DNA of 64,000 nucleotides from a virus (Duplodnaviria > Caudoviricetes). The notes beneath the pieces were generated by a model, which saw only the letters and a program-made list of their open reading frames with translations, searched no databases and was not told the origin of the DNA. This document shows positions 49,708 through 58,442 of this stretch, one piece after another. How positions within the stretch are numbered: the stretch's first letter is position 1; every line of letters begins with the position of its first letter. A program made the translations under genes and the position numbers. Location: the IMG/VR virus record IMGVR_UViG_3300021255_000040, positions 1-64,000 of that record. One strand, 5' to 3'.

Positions 49708-49982
49708 AAGCAAATGAACTGACTGGCAAGATTCTGTTGTCTAACGGCTTTAAGGAGACTGAGAATGATGTATATGAATGCTTCTTACAAGTGTCAGAGC
49801 CTCTTGATACTGGCGACACAGATGTCTATTACAGACGGCTATACATGTATTACAACTATTTGGAGTGGCGGTGGTCTGTGTGGTATCTTGGTGGAGAAGG
49901 TAAGCGGCATTTAGGCTATTGCAAGACTGTTAAACAACTGAATAAACTATTGCAAAAGAATAAAATTGAAAAAGAAATATAA
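49704..49982 (+). CDS. Hypothetical protein (MKANE start)
   Basis: 92 aa; 'IL..NGF', 'V.QL..LL...IEK'. Confidence 0.55.
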   Translation: MKANELTGKILLSNGFKETENDVYECFLQVSEPLDTGDTDVYYRRLYMYYNYLEWRWSVWYLGGEGKRHLGYCKTVKQLNKLLQKNKIEKEI

Positions 49983-49984
49983 CT

Positions 49985-50326
49985 ATGAGTATTGATAGTA
50001 AGATTACATGGGCTATATTGGAGAAATATGGCTATCATGCTCCTTATACTGGTGATATTAACAACTATAACACTTACCTCCATGAGTTATTACATCATAT
50101 TGGTGAAGATTTCTTAGAAAAGATTCATATTGACAACAAGATTAATGGTGTTATTACAAGAGAAACAAAACAAAGATACCAACTTATATCATCTCATAGT
50201 GCAAGAAGATCATTTGCTACTATTAATACTCTTAGAAATATTCCAAGAAATAAGATTCTTAGAGCTACAGGGCATTCAAGCGAAAAAGCATTTGTACGAT
50301 ATATCTGCTATGATGAAGATAGCTAA
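49985..50326 (+). pseudogene. C-terminal fragment of a tyrosine recombinase
   Basis: 'ISSHSARRSFAT', 'TGHSSE..F.RYI' present; N-terminal domains absent (113 aa). Confidence 0.75.
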
Positions 50327-50332
50327 AAACAA

Positions 50333-50361
50333 AGAGAGATGGGTTTAATGCCCACCTCTCT
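50333..50361. terminator. Hairpin between convergent genes
   Basis: AGAGAGATGGG-tttaatg-CCCACCTCTCT. Confidence 0.6.
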
Positions 50362-50389
50362 TATGTATTGAGTTATTACAAAAACTATG

Positions 50390-50722
50390 TTAGTTTTCTT
50401 TATTCATCCATTCCTCTGCCTGCTTACACCAATCATCACAAGCAGCAGACTTATGATACTCAGGCGTCGCTTTTGGAAAGCAATCTGGGCAATAGAACTC
50501 ATGCGGAGGCTTGGCTTCAATAGATGAAACGTGCCAGTCATGATGTATAAGCCATTGCGTTAACAGAATGGTTGCCGTAGCGCAGAATGGATGTAGTACC
50601 TCATTACGTGTCTTCTCAGAATACATCGTAGGAACTCTTATCTTCTTGCCGCAGACAGAACAATACACTTCCTTGCTCCGCTGGTCAAGACCATACTTTT
50701 TTCTTAATTCTTCTATTGTCAT
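50390..50722 (-). CDS. Zn-finger hypothetical protein
   Basis: CSVCG..H..C, CPDC. Confidence 0.55.
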   Translation of the reverse strand: MTIEELRKKYGLDQRSKEVYCSVCGKKIRVPTMYSEKTRNEVLHPFCATATILLTQWLIHHDWHVSSIEAKPPHEFYCPDCFPKATPEYHKSAACDDWCKQAEEWMNKEN

Positions 50723-50866
50723 TTGTATTTAAATGTTACAATAAGTATGTTACTATCAAAAAACAAAGAAGAAAATAACTGCCAATACAGTCAGTACACC
50801 TAATAAGTAGTACCCCAATAACTTGAAACTCTTCTTCATAATCTTACAACTGCTATGTTACACACT

Positions 50867-51862
50867 CTATTCTAGTATCAACATCTTCTTTCCTGTACCT
50901 CCTTGTTTCTTATATACTCTTAGTGTAATAGCATTACTCCAAATAGAATCATTCTCATTATGTGCTTCGACTCTAAAATAAACAGCATCAGAAGGAATAG
51001 TCGTAGTAACAAGATTACTTTCAAATCTTGTGCTGTTATTATCTACTATAACATTGATGTGGTCTGCATTGGATGTCTCAACACTTAGAGTGTTTGTACT
51101 TTCATCAAAAGCAATGGATTTGAACACTAAGTTGGTATTATACAACTTTGAGTAGAATCTGCCTTCACGATATGCTTTAAGACACTCATGCTCTGTAAAC
51201 TCAGGAACAAGAAGAATAGTTCTTCCACCAAAATCAGGAGTACGTTGAGCATAATGGTCAGGAACACAAAAGCCCCAACATCTTCTGCCAGTACTTAGAA
51301 CTCTGTTCCATATCGCCATCTCTTCTTCCTTACCACCTACCCCTATATCAGCATCAACATTATAGAATTCGACACCTATAACTCTGTCATCAAAGTCAAG
51401 CATCTCAATAATATCCTCATAAGTTAATTGGCCTTCATCTATACTACTCCAATAAGGGTGGTTTATAGTTATACCACCACCGTCTTTATATTGAAGGGTT
51501 TCCAATACCTTCTTATAAGCATATTTCCAATCTGCTCTGCCAAATCCTCTTGGAGTAGAGCCAGCAGGTGAACCAGAAGTATGAAAACAGCCTATTCCAT
51601 TAAAATGGTGTCTATCAATATTGGTCTCATGGTGTTCTGCGTTAGGCCCACCAAGGACATCATTTGGAACATTACTGAATTTACTGTTCAATGGATAAAC
51701 GGGTGCAGATGGGTAATAATTGGAAACAACGACATATTTTATGCCTCCAGCAATAAGATTTGCAAACTCTTCATTGTTATTACAATGGTCATGTGAGCAG
51801 GAAGGCACACTTATAGCAGTATTCCAATTTACATCTTTATATGGATTTATTATATTTCCCAT
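50867..51862 (-). CDS. PHP-like metallophosphoesterase
   Basis: 'HDH', 'SNY', 'AEHH...HH.N', 'INHP.W', 'EFYN', 'PDH'; small beta C-terminal domain. Confidence 0.65.
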   Translation of the reverse strand: MGNIINPYKDVNWNTAISVPSCSHDHCNNNEEFANLIAGGIKYVVVSNYYPSAPVYPLNSKFSNVPNDVLGGPNAEHHETNIDRHHFNGIGCFHTSGSPAGSTPRGFGRADWKYAYKKVLETLQYKDGGGITINHPYWSSIDEGQLTYEDIIEMLDFDDRVIGVEFYNVDADIGVGGKEEEMAIWNRVLSTGRRCWGFCVPDHYAQRTPDFGGRTILLVPEFTEHECLKAYREGRFYSKLYNTNLVFKSIAFDESTNTLSVETSNADHINVIVDNNSTRFESNLVTTTIPSDAVYFRVEAHNENDSIWSNAITLRVYKKQGGTGKKMLILE

Positions 51863-51863
51863 A

Positions 51864-52619
51864 TTATCTTACTCCATAAATACTTACAAGAATCTTATCA
51901 CCAGACTCAAAATCAGAAACTTGAACATTCAAACCACAATAAAGTCCATTAACTTCCTGCCAATCAGTTGAGTAACAATAACCATCATTTTCAGAAAGTG
52001 TAGCTACCAACGCATTGTATGACTGATTAGGATGCAGATGCTTAACCATTAAATATTTTGTTAATTTAACGTGTCTTGAAGCACCGTGATTTTCAGAGTC
52101 ATAAACTATATAGGAAACAAAAAAGTATTTATAATTACTAATGTCAACATCTTCATTATGCCATACGTTTATATTACTAGCAGATGTAATAGATACCTCC
52201 TTACTTGCAAGTTTCTGTACAGGTTTAATATCCTTAACATACGAAGGAATCTCGTCAACAAAATTAGTTGTCAGCGTAACATTAGTGCTATTTTCATTTG
52301 CTATATTGTTATATATGGCAATTTTTCTGATACAACTAATATCTGCAAAATACAAGCCATTAGCCGTAATTGTATCGTATATATTTCCATTTACATCAAA
52401 TACTCTCAAATTATTGTTTCCACCATACGACAATTTTCCTAAAATGGAAATACTTGCATCGCCTGTAATGTTAGAAACCTCGATAGCCAACACTTTATAC
52501 ACTGTGTTTATTGGAAAATCATCAAACAACGTTCCTCTATTAGCTAAACTTACATTATAATTGTTGGCAAAACTAATATTACTCTTTCTCTTAAAAAAAT
52601 TTGAATCAAAAAGTCCCAT
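51864..52619 (-). CDS. Hypothetical beta-rich protein
   Basis: 251 aa ORF, operonic. Confidence 0.55.
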   Translation of the reverse strand: MGLFDSNFFKRKSNISFANNYNVSLANRGTLFDDFPINTVYKVLAIEVSNITGDASISILGKLSYGGNNNLRVFDVNGNIYDTITANGLYFADISCIRKIAIYNNIANENSTNVTLTTNFVDEIPSYVKDIKPVQKLASKEVSITSASNINVWHNEDVDISNYKYFFVSYIVYDSENHGASRHVKLTKYLMVKHLHPNQSYNALVATLSENDGYCYSTDWQEVNGLYCGLNVQVSDFESGDKILVSIYGVR

Positions 52620-52651
52620 AGCTATTTATTTTTTTTATTGTTAAAATTCAA

Positions 52652-53770
52652 TTATGAAAATGAGCATGCTGTCACATTACCGTCAGCATCTCTGGTTATA
52701 ATAAGAATGTGCCTCTTGCCTTGATAGGAGGCACTGACAGAAGTTGCAAATCCTTCGCTATCTCTTGTAATATCTACAATACACTGAGAACCATCTGGCC
52801 AGTATCCAGTAATTCTTGTGACCAATCCATCATCATTTCTTGTAATATTGGTTGCAGTAAATGCTTCAGTAAGTATCCATGACTTCAAATTCGACAAAGC
52901 ATTACCTTCATCGGAATCAATTGAAATATCCATAGCACTTATATCAACACCACAAGTAACCTGTATATAACAATTAACTAACTCCGTATCACTTGTCTTT
53001 TCAATAGTACAAGACGTTCCTCCAGCTTCAATAGAAGAATTATCAAGAGATGTACCATCAGATTTGTATAATCTACAGTAAACTTTAGAAGAAACAGCAG
53101 CAGACAATGTAAAGACAATAATATACTTTACATCAGCCTTCATCGTAAAGTAGTGTTTATAGGTACTACCGCCAACAAAACCTCTTAATGGAATAGAAAT
53201 ACTACCAGCATATTTTCTAACTTCCTCATAGATAGTTTCTGCTACTCCTCCACTCTTAACCAAATTCTCGCTATTAGCAGCAGGTTCATCATCCACCCCT
53301 TGCCAATCAGCAACAGTAGTACTCCATTCATCAGAAGTAAGTCTATACTGAACATACTTATTGTCAGAACTCTGTGCAGTTCCTTGAACAAACTTTATAC
53401 TCATGCCACCTTTTTGCTTTGCCTGAGGCACATCATCAAGAGCTTGCGATAAGGTTTCATATACCTTTAGTTTACTATCTGTAATATGGTCTTCAGATAC
53501 ATCATATACTCCCTCTCCTACACCACTGGAGTCATTACAGAATACTGCCCATCCTGTATTGGGTACAGCAGGGTCACTGGCATAGGGTGCTACACCTGTG
53601 ATTGATGCTGTAGGGGCAGTATCAGGGTCATAGTTAGGAGGATTACAGATGTATGAGGAACCATTGTATTGCACAATGTTGTCTTTGTAGTAAGAGGCAG
53701 TAGAGCTGTACTCTCCTCTGTTCTTAGGCACATAACCTAGATTAACTGTTGTTTGGCTCATATCATTCAT
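52652..53770 (-). CDS. Fibre/adaptor-like modular protein
   Basis: 'RGEY....Y...NIV.YNGSSY' N-terminus; 'GGMSIKF..DNKYVQYRL...W.....WQGVD.EP...S.NLV.SGGV' module; TAATTTTG at 53806-53813. Confidence 0.55.
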   Translation of the reverse strand: MNDMSQTTVNLGYVPKNRGEYSSTASYYKDNIVQYNGSSYICNPPNYDPDTAPTASITGVAPYASDPAVPNTGWAVFCNDSSGVGEGVYDVSEDHITDSKLKVYETLSQALDDVPQAKQKGGMSIKFVQGTAQSSDNKYVQYRLTSDEWSTTVADWQGVDDEPAANSENLVKSGGVAETIYEEVRKYAGSISIPLRGFVGGSTYKHYFTMKADVKYIIVFTLSAAVSSKVYCRLYKSDGTSLDNSSIEAGGTSCTIEKTSDTELVNCYIQVTCGVDISAMDISIDSDEGNALSNLKSWILTEAFTATNITRNDDGLVTRITGYWPDGSQCIVDITRDSEGFATSVSASYQGKRHILIITRDADGNVTACSFS

Positions 53771-53909
53771 TTTTAAATTTTATAACATATTTTAATTAAC
53801 TAGTGCAAAATTAGTTAATCATCGGCATGTTGATAGCTTACTTAAAATAAGCATAAGTTCTATTTAAAGATTTCCTTAATTTAACAAGTGAAATAATGCC
53901 CTGCGTAAG

Positions 53910-53938
53910 TAGTCAAGAGACACAGCACCACCTCTATA
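53910..53938 (+). promoter_or_regulatory. Conserved 29-bp motif, copy C
   Basis: TAGTCAAGAGACACAGCACCACCTCTATA, upstream of tRNA-Arg(CCT) and the replication genes. Confidence 0.6.
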
Positions 53939-54020
53939 CCATGAGGGAGTAGTTACTAAGTATGTTTCTTAGATATAATATAATATAAGGTATAGTGATT
54001 ACCTTTGCAACATGAAATAA

Positions 54021-54092
54021 GCTCCCATAGTCGAGTGGATAAGACGTAGACCTCCTAAGTCTAAAGCACTGGTTCAATTCCAGTTGGGAGTA
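54021..54092 (+). tRNA. tRNA-Arg(CCT)
   Basis: GCTCCCA..TAGAC-CT-CCT-AA-GTCTA..GGTTCAATTCC..TGGGAGTA; TACCTTTG at 54000-54007. Confidence 0.85.
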
Positions 54093-54267
54093 CTATCAGA
54101 ACAAAGCGTTGTTTTGTATTTTGATTTGTTTTAGTAGTAATATTGTTTTAGGTTAATAGAAAAGTTTTGGTTGCTTCCTATTGTCTGAGAAGATAGTAGG
54201 AAGCTTTTTCATGTGATAATTCTCCCAGTGCAAACTGGTAATAATAATCTTTTAAATAATAAGTAAA

Positions 54268-54570
54268 ATGAAACAAAATCACAACAAACGATGGACATTG
54301 GAAGAAGATGCAACTTTACTTCGTTATGTAAGGGCAAGGCCCCAAAATCTTCACAAGTGTTTTCTTGCAGTAGCAGAACAAACTGGTCGTACTGAAAGTG
54401 CTGTTCAAGGCAGATGGTATGGCAAAGTCTCTAAGGATCCAAAGAACATTTGCTTCTTCACTGCATCTCCCAAACATGTTTCAAGGAACAGAAAGAATGG
54501 TATGGGTGAAGAGAGTACTCCAAGTATCTGGAGAAGACTCATGACAGTTCTTCGTAGTATTGGAAAATAA
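54268..54570 (+). CDS. Myb/SANT-like HTH protein
   Basis: 'RWT.EED..L', 'GRT..AV..RW'. Confidence 0.65.
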   Translation: MKQNHNKRWTLEEDATLLRYVRARPQNLHKCFLAVAEQTGRTESAVQGRWYGKVSKDPKNICFFTASPKHVSRNRKNGMGEESTPSIWRRLMTVLRSIGK

Positions 54571-54599
54571 GCAGTTTTAAAACTTCTTAATCTATAATT

Positions 54600-54827
54600 A
54601 TGATTTATGTATCTGACTTACAGCAACTTATCAGTAGCTGGCAAGAGAGGATGGGTAAGCAGGCTCATCCTTTTGAATATAAGAATGCTCTCTCAGAGTG
54701 CATTTATGACTTGAACCAACTTATCAACCACTCCATTAAGGAAGAGCTTGACTATAAGGAGATGCTTGACTCATGGGAGGCTGATAATTATCTCTCTAGC
54801 ATAGAAGCTCATGAAGCAATCGCATGA
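54600..54827 (+). CDS. Hypothetical protein
   Basis: 75 aa ORF. Confidence 0.5.
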   Translation: MIYVSDLQQLISSWQERMGKQAHPFEYKNALSECIYDLNQLINHSIKEELDYKEMLDSWEADNYLSSIEAHEAIA

Positions 54828-54897
54828 TGAAGAAGTAACAGTAGAGCAGGAAGACATGACTCCTGTTAATATGTATAATGAAATATGGTATAGTTAA

Positions 54898-56109
54898 ATG
54901 ACACGAGAAGAAATATATTCAAAATGTGTAGAAGAGATAGCCAAGACCAATTGCTTATTAATGGAACTGGCTACTGGCACTGGAAAGACCCGACTCTCTC
55001 TAATGCTATCTAATCATCTGTTAGAAAGCCAGTGGTATCAGCAGGCTAAGACCATTAATATCCTAATCATGGTAGCCAAGAGGGTACACAAACAGACTTG
55101 GGCAGATGAGATAGAGAAGTGGGGAGGTATTAAGCATCCTACAGCCTCTATCAATATCTGCAAGGAGTGCTATGAATCTCTGCACAAGCATTGTGATGAG
55201 CATTGGGACATCATTATCCTTGATGAATGTCACCACATAGGCTCTCAGGCTAGAATGGATGCCCTGAAGACTATTAAATATGGTTATATCATTGGTCTTA
55301 GTGCTACTATTCCCCGTAACATCAAGGCATTCTTCAGGTTCAACTATCACTCTCAGGTGGTTAGTTGTGACATCATTGAGGCTATTGACTCAGAGGTGTT
55401 GCCAGAACCTACCATTCTGTTGTTTCCTCTTCAGGTAGAGTCTTCCAGAGTCTCTGAGGTGCTTGAACTGCATCCCAAGGCTCCAGGGCCTGTAGTGCAT
55501 TGTGACTATAAGGACTTGAAGAAGTATAAATTCAAGAATGTCCATGTCTTGTGCAACTGCACTCAGGAACAGAAGCTTAGGGAGATTGATAGTCTTATCT
55601 CATGGTTCAAGAGCAAAGCTATGACTGGTAATCAGGCTATGAAGCAGACTTGGCTGTATTTCTGTGGTAAGAGGCTTGAGTTCCTTGCTGACTGTAAGTT
55701 GCAATGGGTAAAGCTTATCCTGCATCATTTAAATAAGGAGCGTACCATTACTTTCTGCAAGACTATCTCTCAGACTGAACAGCTTGGTAAGAACTGCATT
55801 CACTCTCAGAACAAGGATGCTACTAAGGTCTATGATGACTTCAACAACAAGAAGATTCATCATATTACAGCAGTCAATATCCTTAATGAGAATGCAAATC
55901 TTGTAGACTGTAAGTATGCTATCTTTGCTAATCTCTCATCTTCAGAGGTGGTTATTCCTCAGAGGATAGGTAGGTCTATGCGTCACAAGCAACCCGTAAT
56001 CATCTTCCCTTATTATAAAGGTACTAGGGAAGAAGAGATACTCCAGAAAATGCTTGAGGGATTCAACAAGGATTTTATAAAGGTAATACATTCAATTAAG
56101 GAAATATGA
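54898..56109 (+). CDS. SF2 (DExH) helicase
   Basis: ATGTGKT, DECH, SAT, QRIGR.MR. Confidence 0.9.
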   Translation: MTREEIYSKCVEEIAKTNCLLMELATGTGKTRLSLMLSNHLLESQWYQQAKTINILIMVAKRVHKQTWADEIEKWGGIKHPTASINICKECYESLHKHCDEHWDIIILDECHHIGSQARMDALKTIKYGYIIGLSATIPRNIKAFFRFNYHSQVVSCDIIEAIDSEVLPEPTILLFPLQVESSRVSEVLELHPKAPGPVVHCDYKDLKKYKFKNVHVLCNCTQEQKLREIDSLISWFKSKAMTGNQAMKQTWLYFCGKRLEFLADCKLQWVKLILHHLNKERTITFCKTISQTEQLGKNCIHSQNKDATKVYDDFNNKKIHHITAVNILNENANLVDCKYAIFANLSSSEVVIPQRIGRSMRHKQPVIIFPYYKGTREEEILQKMLEGFNKDFIKVIHSIKEI

Positions 56110-56444
56110 GATGGAAGAAGTATAAACCAGGGGACAGAATTTTCTACGAGTGCTATGACAAAAGCATTGGAACTGACATTGTGCTCAGTGTAGAAGAAAA
56201 AGAATACCAATCAGAGCAAGGCTACCCTGTCAAGTACCAATGGCTCAATATTGATAAGTACTCAGGCATTGAGAATTACAGTTGTCTACCTCAGAATGAC
56301 CCAAGAGTTAAGGAACTGGTTAAGCAGTATGCTGCATTTGATAAGGCTAAATCTTCCATCATTCAGACCATCTCAGACCTCCTTGCTCCTTACAGCATTG
56401 AGTTAAAGAAACAACATTTAAAAGAAATTGAAGCAAAGTTATGA
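56106..56444 (+). CDS. Hypothetical protein
   Basis: 112 aa, ATGA overlap. Confidence 0.55.
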   Translation: MRWKKYKPGDRIFYECYDKSIGTDIVLSVEEKEYQSEQGYPVKYQWLNIDKYSGIENYSCLPQNDPRVKELVKQYAAFDKAKSSIIQTISDLLAPYSIELKKQHLKEIEAKL

Positions 56445-56644
56445 TAGAATTCAAGAAAGATAGAATCATTGACCCACTACCCCATAGAGAGCCAGTCAAA
56501 AGCAATTATGTGCTGAAAGACTTGGCTCTCAAGTACTATGACCAACTTGAAGCAATAATCAATGACCTTGCTGAAAAGTCTACTGGTGGTGAAGAGGCTT
56601 CTCTTGTGTTTGGTAATGGTAAGGTAACTATTAAACTGAAGTAG
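56441..56644 (+). CDS. Hypothetical protein
   Basis: 67 aa, ATGA overlap. Confidence 0.5.
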   Translation: MIEFKKDRIIDPLPHREPVKSNYVLKDLALKYYDQLEAIINDLAEKSTGGEEASLVFGNGKVTIKLK

Positions 56645-56645
56645 T

Positions 56646-56837
56646 ATGAGCAAAGAATTTGAAGCACATATTCAACCAGGGGATGAAATCATCTGGAGTG
56701 ATAGCTTACAGTGCAGAGTTAATAAATCTCAGTTGAGAAGACTTGCTTAACCTGCTAAGATTTCTGGAAAGTTGAAAGAACTTATAGAGAAAAGAAAACA
56801 TGAGCAAGAAAAATCAAAAACACAAAGTGAAACCTGA
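56646..56837 (+). pseudogene. Small gene interrupted by an in-frame TAA
   Basis: MSKEFEAHIQPGDEIIWSDSLQCRVNKSQLRRLA*PAKISGKLKELIEKR... Confidence 0.4.
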
Positions 56838-57309
56838 CAATGGTTATCCCTTACCTCAGAGGACTGTGCTGTATAGTCATAAGAAGCACATGCAGCCAGT
56901 CCCTGAGGTTGGCAAGAGGTATCATTGCTTTGATGATGGGAAAATTACATTCTCCCGTCATTATATTATTGAGGTTACTGAGGTCTTAGGTTACAATGCC
57001 TTTAAGAAGAAGTATCCTGAAATGTTCCAGACTTACCTTGATGAGTCCAAACAATGTTATTGGCTCTATTCTAGAAGTTCTGATAAGTTCATCATCTGTC
57101 ATGCTGAGGAAGATAGGAAGGAAGGCTTTGACCTTGAAGTAGCTGTCAGAACTAAACAAGGTGGCTGGTTTACTATTAGTAAAAGTTCCTTTTATTGCGG
57201 TACATTTGATGTCACAGGAAAGCTTTGGGATGAACTCATCTCAGACATAGACCAATGGAACTATACTGAAGAAGAAAAGAAAAGGATTTTAGAAGAAAAT
57301 ACAATATGA
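56800..57309 (+). CDS. Hypothetical protein
   Basis: 169 aa; 'PE.G..Y..FDDGKI..SR', 'RT..GGWF'. Confidence 0.6.
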   Translation: MSKKNQKHKVKPDNGYPLPQRTVLYSHKKHMQPVPEVGKRYHCFDDGKITFSRHYIIEVTEVLGYNAFKKKYPEMFQTYLDESKQCYWLYSRSSDKFIICHAEEDRKEGFDLEVAVRTKQGGWFTISKSSFYCGTFDVTGKLWDELISDIDQWNYTEEEKKRILEENTI

Positions 57310-57731
57310 CTCAAGAACAGATTGAACAGCTTGCTTTACATCATTTCCCTGTAAGACATAAGCATAATAAGAAAGGTACTGGAGAATATGACCCTAACTA
57401 CCCTCGCAGAAAGGCTTATGTATTAGGTGCATCAGAAACTCTTCAAGGACTCTGGAAGGATGCTCAAGGTGATGACTTGCCTGAGATTGACAGGGAGGTG
57501 ATAGTCCTAATTAACTATGATACTCCATCCAATGTACCACATGGAGAAGGGTATTCTACTTACAGAGTTGGTTTTGGACACAGGCCTAATCCTGATGGAT
57601 GGGATGGCAAGAACCTTGATACTGGAGAAATTACTCACTATACTCCTAAACTCTATGACAAGGGAGGCTGGAATGGGCCTGATATAGCTTATTGGCTTGA
57701 CTTAGAGTTGCCTATAGAAGAGCCAAAATGA
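57306..57731 (+). CDS. Hypothetical protein (DUF551-like)
   Basis: 141 aa; 'WK...DDLPE..REVIVL..WLD'. Confidence 0.55.
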   Translation: MTQEQIEQLALHHFPVRHKHNKKGTGEYDPNYPRRKAYVLGASETLQGLWKDAQGDDLPEIDREVIVLINYDTPSNVPHGEGYSTYRVGFGHRPNPDGWDGKNLDTGEITHYTPKLYDKGGWNGPDIAYWLDLELPIEEPK

Positions 57732-57751
57732 ACACTATACTTTAGTGTTGC

Positions 57752-57815
57752 GGTTTAGTATAGTAAACCCTTGCGGTAAAGTACACTAAACCACAGTGAT
57801 TTAGTATATTAAATC
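57752..57815. repeat. Three phased 18-bp imperfect palindromes (23-bp period)
   Basis: GGTTTAGTATAGTAAACC (57752), GGTAAAGTACACTAAACC (57775), GATTTAGTATATTAAATC (57798). Confidence 0.75.
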
Positions 57816-57872
57816 AAAACGGCTTATAATAATAAAGCAAAAGACTACATTATACAAATAACAAATGAAAAC

Positions 57873-58442
57873 ATGAAAATAACAATTAACACAGATGTCT
57901 TGAGGAAATACAATCTTTCTTTAGGGCAGTATTTGGTGTTGTTGTCCTCCTATTATAATATAGACTGTCAGGGGATTCAGAATGAACTGGTGAATCAGGG
58001 ACTGGCAGAGAGGGACTTGTTCAAGGAGTTTCCTCCTGTTATTTCTGACAACACCAAGAACCTGATAGCTAAGATTATGGTAGAGAGTGATGACAGGGCT
58101 GTGCAGAGTGGTATTGACTTTGACAAGTTGACTCTGCATCTTCAGGCATTCTATCCTGAGGGCATCAAGCCTGGGAAAACCTATCCTTGGAGAGGTAATG
58201 CAGATGAGATCGCTCAGAAACTTCGCACACTGGTGGTTAAGTATAACTTCACTTTCACCATTGAGGAAGCCAGCCAAGCTGTTGAGGAGTATGTAGCCAG
58301 TTTCAAGGCTCCTTATACCTACATGCATACTCTCAAGAACTTCATTCTCTACACCAAGAAGGAGAATGGTAAGTATGAAATGGAAAGTCTGTTTATGACA
58401 ATTATTGAAAACAACAGAGAGCAAAATGAAAATAACAATTGA
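57873..58442 (+). CDS. Putative replication initiator/helicase loader, paralog 1
   Basis: 'MKITI....L.K..L.L', 'L...LQ..YP.G.K', 'A..YV.SF..YM..L..FI.K'; upstream of the DnaB-like gene. Confidence 0.5.
   Translation: MKITINTDVLRKYNLSLGQYLVLLSSYYNIDCQGIQNELVNQGLAERDLFKEFPPVISDNTKNLIAKIMVESDDRAVQSGIDFDKLTLHLQAFYPEGIKPGKTYPWRGNADEIAQKLRTLVVKYNFTFTIEEASQAVEEYVASFKAPYTYMHTLKNFILYTKKENGKYEMESLFMTIIENNREQNENNN

Noticed and set aside
37579-57815. CRISPR mini-array from the short repeats at 37.6 kb or 57.75 kb
   Set aside because: Repeats are degenerate, with 5-16-bp gaps too short for spacers, and there are no cas genes.
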